From Archangiaceae bacterium (GTDB lineage: Bacteria > Myxococcota > Myxococcia > Myxococcales > Myxococcaceae): a stretch of 41,400 bases of DNA. A program made the translations under genes and the position numbers. The stretch covers positions 1 to 41,400 of the forward strand of contig JAYVCD010000056.1 in the NCBI GenBank assembly GCA_043750125.1. Reading direction: 5' to 3'. This document shows, piece after piece, positions 9,984 to 19,606 of the stretch (position 1 is the stretch's first letter; each line of letters begins with the position of its first letter). The notes beneath the pieces were generated by a model. It did not search any database. It had not been told where the DNA came from and worked only from the letters and a program-made list of their open reading frames with translations.

Positions 9984-10945
9984 CAGCGGGGAGCCGGGGT
10001 CTTCCGCGCGATTTCGTCCAGCAGGTGCGCCGCCTCGTCGCGGCTGAACGTCCCTTGCGCGGCGCTCTTCAGCAGCAGCCGGTGGGACAGCGCCGGAGCC
10101 AGCAGGGTGCGCACATCGCCCGGGGTCGCAAAGTCCCGATCGTCCCACAGCGCCCAGGCGCGGGCGGCCGCCATCAGGGCCAGCACCGCGCGGGTCGAGG
10201 CGCCGCGCTCGATCTCGGCGTGCTCCCGGGTCGCTCCCGACAGCCGCACCGCGTAGTCCGCCACCGAAGGGTCCACCCGCACCCCATCGGCGGCGCTCTG
10301 AATCGAAATCAAATCGTGGCGCGAGGCGACCTGGGTCATTCCCGCCAACGGGTCGGCGCGCCGCGACTGAAGCAGCTGTGACTCGACCTCGGGGGGCAGG
10401 TGTCCGAGCGAAAGCCGAATCAGAAACCGGTCGAGCTGCGAGTCGGGCAGGGGGTAGGTGCCGGACAGGTCGAGGGGGTTCTGGGTGGCGATCACCGTGA
10501 AAGGAGAGGGGAGCGAATGGGTCACCCCATCGAGGCTGACCTGGCCCTGGCCCATTGCCTCGAGCAGCGCCGACTGGGTGCGGGGAGGAGCCCGGTTGAG
10601 CTCATCGGCCAACACCAACTGGTGAAACAACGGGCCGGGCCGGAACTCGAACTTGCCCTGCGCCGCGTGGAAGATCTGCACTCCGAGGATGTCGCTGGGC
10701 AACAGATCCGCGGTGAACTGAATGCGGGCGAACGAGAGGGCCAACGAACGGGCGAGGCCCTCGGCCAGCGTCGTCTTGCCCACCCCCGGCACATCCTCGA
10801 GCAAAAGGTGTCCGCGGGCTGCGAGGCAGGTGATCGCCAGCTTCGTCTGCTGCGGCTTGCCGAGCACCACCTTGCCAACGTTGGCAGCAATGCGTTCGAG
10901 CAGAACTCGGGGGACGACGGCAGGTGTCAGAGGAAGAGTACTCAT
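9983..10945 (-). CDS. MoxR-family AAA+ ATPase
   Basis: GHLLLEDVPGVGKT (Walker A), RIQFTADLLPSD, LADELNRAPPRTQSALLEAM and ATQNP..GTYPLP..QLDRF. Confidence 0.95.
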   Translation of the reverse strand: MSTLPLTPAVVPRVLLERIAANVGKVVLGKPQQTKLAITCLAARGHLLLEDVPGVGKTTLAEGLARSLALSFARIQFTADLLPSDILGVQIFHAAQGKFEFRPGPLFHQLVLADELNRAPPRTQSALLEAMGQGQVSLDGVTHSLPSPFTVIATQNPLDLSGTYPLPDSQLDRFLIRLSLGHLPPEVESQLLQSRRADPLAGMTQVASRHDLISIQSAADGVRVDPSVADYAVRLSGATREHAEIERGASTRAVLALMAAARAWALWDDRDFATPGDVRTLLAPALSHRLLLKSAAQGTFSRDEAAHLLDEIARKTPAPR

Positions 10946-10982
10946 CGAAGAAGGCCGCGGAGTGTAACCTCAACCTGACTCC

Positions 10983-12713
10983 ATGGGACGCATTCGGGTT
11001 CTTTCCGCCGAGCTGATCAATCAGATCGCAGCCGGCGAGGTCGTCGAACGGCCTGCCTCGGTCGTCAAAGAGCTCGCTGAGAATTCGGTCGACGCGGGCG
11101 CAGGCACCGTTCGCATCGAGCTGTCCGGCGGAGGGCTGCAGCTGATTCGCGTCATCGATGATGGAACCGGCATGTCCCGGGCGGATGCGGTGCTCGCGCT
11201 CGAGCGGCACGCCACCAGCAAGCTCGCTGACCTGGCAGGCCTGTTTGCGATCTTCACCAAGGGCTTTCGCGGCGAAGCGCTGCCGGCGATCGCTTCGGTC
11301 TGTCGCTTCAATCTCCACACCTCTGAGCCCGACGCCCCCAGCGGAGTCCGGATCTTGATCGAAGGCGGCTCACCGCTCGAGCTGCAAGACGCGCCGTCCG
11401 CGGGAGGCACGCGCATCGAAGTCGCCGACCTGTTCTTCAATGTTCCCGCGCGCAGAAAATTTCTTCGCCGCGAACAGACCGAGCTCGTGCACTGTGAAGA
11501 GGCCGTCATTCGCCTGGCGCTCGCGCACCCCGAGGTCGGCTTTTTTCTCGAGCACGACGGGCGCACGTTGCTCGCAGCGCCCGCTTCGTCCGACCCCGCT
11601 GAACGCATTGCCGCCGCGCTGGGGCCCGAGGTCCACCCGCACCTGTTGGCCGTCGACGAGCAGCGGCTGGGGGTTCGGATCAGCGGCTTCGTCGCTTCGC
11701 CCGAGTACACCCAGTCGAACGCGCGTGGGCTCTACACTTTCGTGAACCGTCGCTACATCCGCGATCGCGGAATCAATTTCGCGGTGCAGCGCGCCTTTCA
11801 GGACTCGCTGCCTCCGGGGCGCCAGCCGGTGGCCGTGCTGTTCATCGAGCTCGACCCGTCGCAGGTCGACGTGAACGTGCATCCCCAGAAGCTCGAGGTG
11901 CGATTCGCCGACGCGCGTGGGGTGCAGGAAGCGTTGATCGCCGGGATCTCGAAGGCCCTGAAGGCCGCCCCGTGGAGACAGGCCGTCGACCCGGCAGCAG
12001 AAGGGGTCGCGGGCGCGCACTACGCGCTGGCTGTCGATCGTTTTCTGGCCCGGGCGCAGAACCTGCCCGCCTTTCTCGAAGGGCCGCCGCGACTGGACTC
12101 AGGTCCGCTTTCGTTCGGGCAGGCCCGGCCGGGAATCAACGAGGCGCCGCCTCCCCACTACTTCGGGCAGCTGCGGTTTCTGGGTGAGCTGGGCGCGCGG
12201 TTGTGGATCTGCGAGGCCCCCGGAGCGACCCTGGTGGTGATCGACCCCCGCGCGGCGCTGGAACGGGTGCGGCTGCACCAACTTCACCTCGCCTTTGAAA
12301 GCGGCGCGCTGGCGGCGTCCCACCCGACGCTGTTCAGCGCGACCCTCGAGCTGCCCGCGCCCCAGTTGGCCCAGGTCACTTCCGGCGCTTCGGCGCTCAC
12401 CGCCCTGGGCCTTTGTGTCGAAGCGTTTGGCGGCCACACCGTCGCGATCAAGAGCGTCCCCCCGATGCTCGAAGGCGCTGACTTACGGGGGCTCTTGATC
12501 GCGCTCGCTCCGCTGTTGGGAGCAGCCCCGGACCTGTTCGCCGCGCTGAAGATCATCGCGAGCTTCGCCGCGGCCGCCCACGCGCGCAGCTTCGGTCCTC
12601 AAGAGGCGCACGCACTGCTGGTCGAGCTCGACGAGGTGGACTTCACCGTCAGCTGCGAGCACAGCGCCGTCGTGGTTCGCGAGCTGCCGCTGCTGCAGCT
12701 GCTGCCGGGCTGA
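10983..12713 (+). CDS. mutL: DNA mismatch repair protein MutL (C-terminal endonuclease motifs degenerate)
   Basis: INQIAAGEVVERPASVVKEL.ENS.DAG, RHATSK, GFRGEAL, LFFNVPARRKFL and VDVNVHPQKLEVRF. Confidence 0.95.
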   Translation: MGRIRVLSAELINQIAAGEVVERPASVVKELAENSVDAGAGTVRIELSGGGLQLIRVIDDGTGMSRADAVLALERHATSKLADLAGLFAIFTKGFRGEALPAIASVCRFNLHTSEPDAPSGVRILIEGGSPLELQDAPSAGGTRIEVADLFFNVPARRKFLRREQTELVHCEEAVIRLALAHPEVGFFLEHDGRTLLAAPASSDPAERIAAALGPEVHPHLLAVDEQRLGVRISGFVASPEYTQSNARGLYTFVNRRYIRDRGINFAVQRAFQDSLPPGRQPVAVLFIELDPSQVDVNVHPQKLEVRFADARGVQEALIAGISKALKAAPWRQAVDPAAEGVAGAHYALAVDRFLARAQNLPAFLEGPPRLDSGPLSFGQARPGINEAPPPHYFGQLRFLGELGARLWICEAPGATLVVIDPRAALERVRLHQLHLAFESGALAASHPTLFSATLELPAPQLAQVTSGASALTALGLCVEAFGGHTVAIKSVPPMLEGADLRGLLIALAPLLGAAPDLFAALKIIASFAAAAHARSFGPQEAHALLVELDEVDFTVSCEHSAVVVRELPLLQLLPG

Positions 12714-12741
12714 CCCCGACGCGCTCGGGCCGTTCAGAAAA

Positions 12742-12769
12742 TTGACCGATCGCCGACCGCTGCTACCTT
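12742..12769 (+). promoter_or_regulatory. Putative sigma70-type promoter
   Basis: TTGACC, 16 nt spacer, then TACCTT with a TGn extended -10, in the intergenic gap upstream of the 12825 gene. Confidence 0.45.
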
Positions 12770-12824
12770 GCCAAACAGGGCTGTAGCAGTGCGGCTCAGC
12801 AGCGCCACTCCTCAAGAGGTTCTC

Positions 12825-12971
12825 ATGCTCGGGGTCATTACCGGCCGGGATGTTTTGAAGAACTCGATCCTCATCTGGCGAGAGTTTGGTCCGCGCTGTT
12901 TGATTCGCTGCCTGATGGCGTGCGCGGTAGGACCCAGGACAACCTTTCTGATGATCGCGTTCAAAAAATGA
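12825..12971 (+). CDS. Small hypothetical protein (48 aa)
   Basis: GAGGT RBS before the ATG; MLGVITGRDVLKNSILIWREFGPRCLIRCLMACAVGPRTTFLMIAFKK. Stop overlaps the next start (ATGA). Confidence 0.65.
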   Translation: MLGVITGRDVLKNSILIWREFGPRCLIRCLMACAVGPRTTFLMIAFKK

Positions 12972-13351
12972 TCTCTCAAAACGAACTCGCACTCTCCGTC
13001 GCCTCGCAGCTCGTCCCCGCCAGCTATGCCGAGAAGGCGATGGCTTCGCTGATGCAATTGCATTCCGAATTGATGGACGAGAAGGAACGCCGGGTGGAGC
13101 TCTTTCGCCGGTTGATGGAAAAGGAACAGGCGCTCGCCGAGCTCAAGATGTACGTCAAACTGCTCGAAGAGAAAGCAGCCGCGGCCGTCGCCCCAGCCCC
13201 GAGGGAACCGCTGCGGGTGGCTCCCCGGCCGCCCCCGTCGTCGCCGGGTCCGACCTTCGTACCTCCTCCTCCTGCGGTGCCGTTTGTCGCCCGCAGCATG
13301 CCGACGCGTCCCCCCAGCCGCCCGGTACCAGACGGTTGGAAGACATGGTGA
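12968..13351 (+). CDS. Hypothetical coiled-coil protein with Pro-rich tail
   Basis: ATGA coupling to the upstream gene, heptad-like LMQLHSELMDEKERRVELFRRLMEKEQALAELK, then a Pro/Ala linker ending DGWKTW. Confidence 0.75.
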   Translation: MISQNELALSVASQLVPASYAEKAMASLMQLHSELMDEKERRVELFRRLMEKEQALAELKMYVKLLEEKAAAAVAPAPREPLRVAPRPPPSSPGPTFVPPPPAVPFVARSMPTRPPSRPVPDGWKTW

Positions 13352-13989
13352 GTCGCGCGCTCGGTCTGGCTCTATGGGTGGCTGGCTCGACCGCCTTCGC
13401 CGCCGACGAACGCTCACTCGAGGGCATGGGCCGGATCGCAGTCCAGGGCGGCTACCGGTGGACCCCCAACGCCGAGTTCATGCGCCGGGCGGCCGAGCAG
13501 CTGCACCCGGTGGTGGGAGGAATGAGCGGCGGCCCCCAGTTTTCCGCAAGCTTCGGCTACTCGCCGCTCGATTGGGTCGAGGCCACGATCGATCTCATCG
13601 TCGGCTTTGAAAACTTCCGGCTCGAGGGCCTCGACCAGCTCACGTCCACCACCTACGGCGCGTTGCTCGGCGTGCGCATCGCAAAGATGGATTTCCCGGT
13701 GCATGGCCTGGTTCCGTACTTCGGAGCCCAACTGGGGCCGGTGCTGTCGTTCATCACGGGCAAGGCGATCACCAGCGCCGAGCGGTTGAACACCGGCTGT
13801 TCGATCAACGCCGGCCTCACGGTGCGCGTCGGCGACCACTGGGGCGTCGGTTTCGATGCGCGCTACTTATTTGCCCGGGGCGATGTTTCTGAGGTCGCGA
13901 CTCTGGACGCCGGGGGGCTCTGGGTGTCGCTGTCGATCAGTTATTTTATTCCTGCAGGTCCCAAGGATCCATTGGGCGGCATGTTGTAA
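13345..13989 (+). CDS. Putative outer-membrane beta-barrel protein (OmpA/OmpW-like 8-strand)
   Basis: Signal peptide ending AFA, then alternating amphipathic strands (LVPYFGAQLG, WGVGFDARY, LWVSLSISYF). Confidence 0.65.
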   Translation: MVSRALGLALWVAGSTAFAADERSLEGMGRIAVQGGYRWTPNAEFMRRAAEQLHPVVGGMSGGPQFSASFGYSPLDWVEATIDLIVGFENFRLEGLDQLTSTTYGALLGVRIAKMDFPVHGLVPYFGAQLGPVLSFITGKAITSAERLNTGCSINAGLTVRVGDHWGVGFDARYLFARGDVSEVATLDAGGLWVSLSISYFIPAGPKDPLGGML

Positions 13990-13999
13990 GAGCCAGTTC

Positions 14000-14938
14000 A
14001 TGGCGAACGAGCTGGCCGACAAAGCACTGGAAGAAATTCGTCGAGAAGTGATCGAGGGGCGAAACCTCGTCATCAAGACCGACAATCAACTCAAGACCCT
14101 GCACGCCGAACTGAAGCTGGTCGGCAAGCGGCAGGAAGATTTTCAAAGGCGGCAGTGGATTTCATCTGCAGTGGCCTACGCGGTCTTTGCCGGCCTGTGT
14201 ATCGCCGGAGCGATCGCCGTCTCGAACGCGCGCACCGCTTCGGCGGGGGCCGATCGCGAACGGCTCGAGAAGCAGGTGAAGGAACTTTCCGCCCAGATCG
14301 ACCAACTGAAGGCCGCGGACGTGGCGCTGGCTGCCAATGAGCGCACCGCCAACGAGGTCTACCGGATGATGAGCCAGGCCCAGGGCGACGAGCGGCTCAA
14401 GGGCATCGACGCGCTCGCCAAGATCGATCAAAGCAAGCTGTCGCCCTTCGCCCGGGTGGTGTTGGCCGATCGCGCGACGTTGCTGCGCAAGGAAGTCGGG
14501 TCGGCGTTCCTCGATCGGGGCAAGGCGGCGTTCCGCAGGCAGGACTACCCCGGCACCGTCACCGAGCTGACCCGCTTCATGGCGATGAACCCGGTCGAAG
14601 AAGACGCCGTCGAGGCCTCCTACTTTCTGGGCAACGCGCTGATTCAGACCCGAAAGCCCGACGAGGCGATTGCGCATCTTCAGCGGTACGTCGCGGGCGA
14701 CAAACGCGCGAAGAACCGCGACTACGCGATGCTGATGCTGGTGCAGGCCTTCGATGCGACCGGGCAGCGCGACAAGGCGGCCGAGATCGCGCGCGAGGCG
14801 GTGACCGCCTACCCGTCGAGTGAATTCGGAGCGTCCTTCCGTGCGCGGCTTTCCCGCCGAGCCGAACCTTCTGCGCCCGCCGCCGCCGAGCCCCCGGCGC
14901 CCGCCGCTCCACGCCAGCCCTTGAAGCCGACCAACTAA
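14000..14938 (+). CDS. Membrane-anchored coiled-coil/TPR protein (CpoB/BamD-like TPR region)
   Basis: ATG 14000 (MANELADK), one TM helix, a coiled coil, TPR helices (ASYFLGNAL, AMLMLVQAF..YPSS) and a Pro-rich tail. Confidence 0.75.
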   Translation: MANELADKALEEIRREVIEGRNLVIKTDNQLKTLHAELKLVGKRQEDFQRRQWISSAVAYAVFAGLCIAGAIAVSNARTASAGADRERLEKQVKELSAQIDQLKAADVALAANERTANEVYRMMSQAQGDERLKGIDALAKIDQSKLSPFARVVLADRATLLRKEVGSAFLDRGKAAFRRQDYPGTVTELTRFMAMNPVEEDAVEASYFLGNALIQTRKPDEAIAHLQRYVAGDKRAKNRDYAMLMLVQAFDATGQRDKAAEIAREAVTAYPSSEFGASFRARLSRRAEPSAPAAAEPPAPAAPRQPLKPTN

Positions 14939-14944
14939 AGAACG

Positions 14945-15439
14945 ATGGCCGAGCCCGACAACAACGCCCGCTATCGGCCGTTTCGTAGGCTCGCGTGGGG
15001 CTTCTACCTGCTGGTCGCGGTGACCTTCTCTTTGGCGATCACCGTCAACGTGGTCCGTTCGACGCTGGCGATGACGCCCCCCAGGCCCCCGCCGAGCACG
15101 AGCCCACTGAGCCTCGAGCAGTGCCTGACCACCGCCCGTGCGCTCTGGGTCGAGCTCGATCAGCATCGCAACTCGCTGTCCGATCCTCCCGATGCCGGGT
15201 CGGTGCGCCGGGTCGATGCCGACTGGACCCATTTCCGGATCAACTGGCTCACCCGGCACAACGAAGTCGAAAGCCGCTGCACCGCCGAGGGTCCCGATCG
15301 GCTGATCCTCAAGCGGATCTTCGAAGAGCTCGATTCGGTGATGGATCTGTACACCACCCACGCGGTGCAGTTTGCCGGCGAGGTCGGGCCCACCCTCGAT
15401 GCGCTGCGGGCAGACCTGAAAACCGCCGAACAGAAGTAG
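14945..15439 (+). CDS. Hypothetical single-pass membrane protein
   Basis: N-terminal TM segment (LAWGFYLLVAVTFSLAITV), then a helical domain with two Cys. Fits the operon. Confidence 0.7.
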   Translation: MAEPDNNARYRPFRRLAWGFYLLVAVTFSLAITVNVVRSTLAMTPPRPPPSTSPLSLEQCLTTARALWVELDQHRNSLSDPPDAGSVRRVDADWTHFRINWLTRHNEVESRCTAEGPDRLILKRIFEELDSVMDLYTTHAVQFAGEVGPTLDALRADLKTAEQK

Positions 15440-15442
15440 CGA

Positions 15443-17122
15443 CTACTTCGAAGGGAGCATCACCGAGTAGTTGCCTAAATCGTCGGTGAGCGCGTCGCCC
15501 AGCAGCAAAGAAGTGGTGATTCCTCCGACCGCGCTGACCCGGAAATAGCGAACGGTGGCATTGACCGCGGCACCAGGCCCGTTGGCCGTCGGGGCGGTGA
15601 CATTGCCGGTGACCTTCCTTCCTTTGCGCAGCTGAAAGTCCTTCAGGTCGACGGTGCGCGAGGGCAGACCGGCATCGGCGCTCGAGCCTCCCTCGGCACG
15701 GACAGTCACCACCCGGCTGGTCCGCGGCAGGTCCTCGCCCGGAATGAAGTCGACCTGGTAGACGCCGGGGTCGAGCTCGAGCGCAAAGTGACCGTTTTCA
15801 TTGGTTACGGTAACGCTGTCGCCCATGGGCAAAGGCTGATTGCCGAGCTCCTTGAGTTGGTCTACCGCGTGCGCGACGACGCTGACCCCCGCCGCCGGTA
15901 AGACACCCCCGGGACGAGTCAGGCCGCCAATCACCGTGATCTTGTCGGGGCACACGACAGTCGTGGGGTTTTCCGAGGTGCCCAGGACCTGAAGGTACGG
16001 CACTTCCCCGGTTCTCGAGATGGCCCTGACTTGCTTCCGGACCACGCCTGCCGCGCTGTTGGGAGGAGGCAGGGCCGTCAGCAGGTAGGACCCGTCACTG
16101 GGGCTGGGCAGCAGGTCGACGCGGAACACTCCCCGCGCGTCGGTGATCACCCCTGCCGATCGGAAGGTGCCCCCTCCGTTGACGGGGCCTTCGAGGTAGA
16201 CGCTGGCGCCGGCGACCGCGATGCCCGCCGTGGTCTTCAGGTCTCCTTGCAATTGAGGCAGGGGGTCCCCGAATTCACCCAGCTGAAGCCTGATTTGAGC
16301 ATCGAGCGGAAGCCGGATCTCGAAGGTCTTCGAAGGGACGAGGGAATTCGGGTCGCGCGGAGTCGCCACCACGTTGAAGACCCCGAGCGCCGCGGCTTCA
16401 GGCGCGACGAAGAGAAAGAAATCGCCGTTCGTAATCGAGACGCGCGCGCGCTGGGACAGAGGCAACAGGGTCACGGGGTCGATGGCCTGCACGTCCATCG
16501 CCGCCTGGACTGGAATCTCGATTGAGCTCGGGCCGGGCTCGATGCGCTTGAGCAGCCGTCCGGTCAGCGCGATCGTCTTGTCGGTCGCCGCGAACGCGAA
16601 GCTCAAGCTGGCATTGGTCCCCAGGCCGGCGCTGATGCCTTTGGCGACCGGAGGGACCGCGGCGTCTTCCGCCTCGGCGGTCACGACGTAATGACCTGCT
16701 CCGACGGGCAGCGAATACGTGCCTCGCTCTGGCTTGGCAAAGGTCGCCTGGTAGCTGCGAACGATGCCCGGAATCAGCTCACTTTGGCCCCGGACCCTGA
16801 CCGTTACGGTGTTGGCGTAGATCGCAGAGTCCCGAAGGAACTCGCCGACCAGGCTCGCTGGCAGCAGGTTGAAATCGATGACCGGCGAAAAGCCTCCGTC
16901 TCCAATTGGAAAGTCCTGAGCCAACTGGCCGGTGCGGGTGTTTCCTTGAACTTCGACGACCAGCCCGCCGCCTGGATCGCCGCAGCCCTGCAACGGAAAG
17001 CAGACCTGGTTCGCAGCGCACTCGGAGTCGAGCTGACACCCCGGCAGTGCGGGCGTATTGAGCTCGGCCCCGCACCCAATTGAGAGCAAAGCGCACAGCG
17101 AGAGGAAGGAAAGGCGATTCAT
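15443..17122 (-). CDS. Lipoprotein with Cys-rich N-terminal module and carboxypeptidase-regulatory-like beta-sandwich repeats
   Basis: Lipobox-like LSIGC, CQLDSECAANQVCFPLQGC, and repeated T[DN]xxGx[FY] motifs (TDARGVF, TNENGHF, TDDLGNY). Confidence 0.75.
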   Translation of the reverse strand: MNRLSFLSLCALLSIGCGAELNTPALPGCQLDSECAANQVCFPLQGCGDPGGGLVVEVQGNTRTGQLAQDFPIGDGGFSPVIDFNLLPASLVGEFLRDSAIYANTVTVRVRGQSELIPGIVRSYQATFAKPERGTYSLPVGAGHYVVTAEAEDAAVPPVAKGISAGLGTNASLSFAFAATDKTIALTGRLLKRIEPGPSSIEIPVQAAMDVQAIDPVTLLPLSQRARVSITNGDFFLFVAPEAAALGVFNVVATPRDPNSLVPSKTFEIRLPLDAQIRLQLGEFGDPLPQLQGDLKTTAGIAVAGASVYLEGPVNGGGTFRSAGVITDARGVFRVDLLPSPSDGSYLLTALPPPNSAAGVVRKQVRAISRTGEVPYLQVLGTSENPTTVVCPDKITVIGGLTRPGGVLPAAGVSVVAHAVDQLKELGNQPLPMGDSVTVTNENGHFALELDPGVYQVDFIPGEDLPRTSRVVTVRAEGGSSADAGLPSRTVDLKDFQLRKGRKVTGNVTAPTANGPGAAVNATVRYFRVSAVGGITTSLLLGDALTDDLGNYSVMLPSK

Positions 17123-17664
17123 CGGCAGGGCGAGGGGTCGGTGATGACGTTCCAGGTGTGCTGGGCGGGCTTCGATGAGTCCGGAATCGAGCCCCCATCT
17201 GGAAGGTCGAAGGTTTCGAGCTTGAGCTCGATGCCCCCGGGAATGAACTCGCGGTCGGCGACGACCACCGTCACGTAGTGAGGCCCGGCTGAAAAGAGCT
17301 TGCTGGCGTAGAGCGTCTCGAGCGGAGTCACGATTCCCCGCTCAGGACTTGTCGGGCGAGGAAGCTGATTGCCTTCCACGGAAGGCTGGGTGAAATTTAG
17401 ATCATCGACGAACCAGCGACTGCGAATGTCATCACCCAGATCGGGATCCTTCACCCCAATCTGAAACGGCCGGTCTTTTGGAAGGCAACCGTCGCCCAGG
17501 AACAGCGTCCTTCCCTGCTGGGCAGGCGCCGCCGAATCGTCCGACAGCAAGGGAGCCGTGTTTCGCTTGGGAGGAAGGTCAGGCAGCAAGGGGTCGTCCT
17601 GGGGAATGAGGCAGCCCTGCACCAGCAGAGCGGCCAATACCCCCGTTAGCAATCGGGCGGCCAT
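17119..17664 (-). CDS. Hypothetical lipoprotein
   Basis: MAARLLTGVLAALLVQGC lipobox and DPDLGDDIRSRWFVD. Stop overlaps the next start. Start may lie slightly upstream (17688). Confidence 0.72.
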   Translation of the reverse strand: MAARLLTGVLAALLVQGCLIPQDDPLLPDLPPKRNTAPLLSDDSAAPAQQGRTLFLGDGCLPKDRPFQIGVKDPDLGDDIRSRWFVDDLNFTQPSVEGNQLPRPTSPERGIVTPLETLYASKLFSAGPHYVTVVVADREFIPGGIELKLETFDLPDGGSIPDSSKPAQHTWNVITDPSPCR

Positions 17665-17710
17665 GATGGGTTGGGTGGCTAAGTTCAAGGGTTAAGACCT
17701 CTTACGAACG

Positions 17711-19594
17711 TCAAGCCTCGTCGTACTCTGTCTCGGATGGCATAGAGGAATCACTCTTCTCTCCCTCCAGTTTTTCGAGGTGGCGAAAGATGGTCCGCGG
17801 GTCCACACCCAGGTCTTTGGCAGTCTTGGTCCGGTTCCCACCGTTCCGCTCGAGGACTTTGTTGATGTAGTCCTTCTGCCACTCGTCGCGCGCCTGGGCG
17901 AGGGGGAGGATCGGGTCGAAGTTTTCCGGCCGCAGGTCGAGATCTTCAGGCGACAGCTGGGGCTTGTCGGCGAGGACCACCGCCTTCTTCAGGCGGTTCT
18001 CGAGCTCGCGAATGTTGCCGGGCCAGGCGTACTTTCGCATCGCGACCGCGCACGCTGCCGTGAAGCCGCGGGCCTTCGAGTTGAAGTCTTTGCCGTAGCG
18101 CTTCAGGAACCACGTCGCGAGCAGGTTCAAGTCATCGCCGCGATCTCGCAGCGGCGGCAGCTTCAGGGTCACGACGTTGATTCGAAAGAAGAGATCTTCG
18201 CGGAACTGGCCCTTCTTCACCTCGTCCTCGAGGGTCCGGTTGCTCGCGGCGACCACCCGGATGTCGACCAGCTCGCCCCGGTTGTCGCCGACCTTGTAGA
18301 CAATTTTTTCCTGCAGGGCGCGCAGCAGCTTGACCTGCAGTTGCAGCGGCATCTCGCCGATTTCGTCGAGGAACAGCGTCCCGCCAATCGCCGCCTGGAA
18401 CTTGCCCTGCTTGGTCGCAACGGCTCCGGTGAAGGCGCCCTTCACGTGGCCGAACAGCTCGCTTTCGAGCAGGTTTTCGGGAATCGCGCCGCAGTTGATG
18501 GTGATGAACGGACCCTTGTTGCGAGGGCTGCGGTTGTGCAACTCGCGCGCGATCAGCTCTTTGCCGGTGCCGGTTTCCCCGGCGATCAGCACCGAGATGT
18601 CGGTCGGCGCGATCTTGTCGATTCGCTTGTAGACATCGCGCATGCCCGGGCACGCGCCGATGATTTCGCCGTACTGCTGCTCTTCGGCCTTCTTCTTCAG
18701 CTCGAGGTTCTCGACCTTCAGATCATTGACCAGCATCGCGTTCTGCAGCAGCAGCGAGGCCTGGGCCGAGAAGATGGTGAGCGTGTCGAGGCTCTTCTGC
18801 TCGAACCGATTCACCAGCCGGTCGTTTCCGACATAGAGCATTCCGAACAGGTCGCCGCGGTACATCAGCGGCGCGCACATCACCGACAACAGCTTCAAGT
18901 TCACCACCGATTCCGAGGCGTTGAACTCGGGGTCGTCGAGCGCATCGGAGATGATCAGCGGCTTCATCGACGCGACCACCTTCTTCACGATTGAGTCCGA
19001 CACCCGCCCTTCGGCGTCTTCGAGATTTTCCTTCAAGATGTTTCGAGCCACCCGCACCTGCGGGTTGCTGCCTTCCATCAAGATCAAGAAGCCCTTGTCC
19101 GCGCGGGTGACTTCGATCACCTCGTCCATCAGGCTCTCGAGGATCCGCGGCAGATCGTAGCTGTCGAGCAGCTTGTGGCTGAAGGCGGTCAACCGGCGCA
19201 GCGCCGCCAACTCGCGCCCAGGCACCCCCGGCACCTCAGACGTGGCGGCATCCGGGTTTCCCGAATCGTCGCGGCTCAGGCGCGAGGTCGACAGCGCGGG
19301 CGCAGCCAGGGGACTGGCGGCGGTGCCGAAGGTCAGCTCGGACGCTCCGACCTTGATCACGTCGTTGGCGATCAACAGGTGCTCGTCGCGCTTCTTGCCG
19401 TTGACCTGGAACTCGGTCGTGCCGCCCAGCTGGTAGCGGCTTCCATCGAACATGATGTGCAGCGCCGAATCGGGGAGGGTGGCGTCTTCCAGTTGGATGT
19501 CGTTGTCGCCGCCGCGACCAATGCTGGTGATCCGCTTGAGCAGATTGACGGCTCGAAGCTTTCCGTCAGGGGTGCGGATGGTGAGGCTCGCCAT
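17711..19594 (-). CDS. Sigma54-dependent enhancer-binding protein (FHA-like, GAF, AAA+, Fis HTH)
   Basis: [45 protein letters not shown] and [19 protein letters not shown] segment SVMCAPL..GMLYV. N-terminal IGR..NDI FHA-like domain. Confidence 0.95.
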   Translation of the reverse strand: MASLTIRTPDGKLRAVNLLKRITSIGRGGDNDIQLEDATLPDSALHIMFDGSRYQLGGTTEFQVNGKKRDEHLLIANDVIKVGASELTFGTAASPLAAPALSTSRLSRDDSGNPDAATSEVPGVPGRELAALRRLTAFSHKLLDSYDLPRILESLMDEVIEVTRADKGFLILMEGSNPQVRVARNILKENLEDAEGRVSDSIVKKVVASMKPLIISDALDDPEFNASESVVNLKLLSVMCAPLMYRGDLFGMLYVGNDRLVNRFEQKSLDTLTIFSAQASLLLQNAMLVNDLKVENLELKKKAEEQQYGEIIGACPGMRDVYKRIDKIAPTDISVLIAGETGTGKELIARELHNRSPRNKGPFITINCGAIPENLLESELFGHVKGAFTGAVATKQGKFQAAIGGTLFLDEIGEMPLQLQVKLLRALQEKIVYKVGDNRGELVDIRVVAASNRTLEDEVKKGQFREDLFFRINVVTLKLPPLRDRGDDLNLLATWFLKRYGKDFNSKARGFTAACAVAMRKYAWPGNIRELENRLKKAVVLADKPQLSPEDLDLRPENFDPILPLAQARDEWQKDYINKVLERNGGNRTKTAKDLGVDPRTIFRHLEKLEGEKSDSSMPSETEYDEA

Positions 19595-19606
19595 GTGAAC
19601 GACTCC

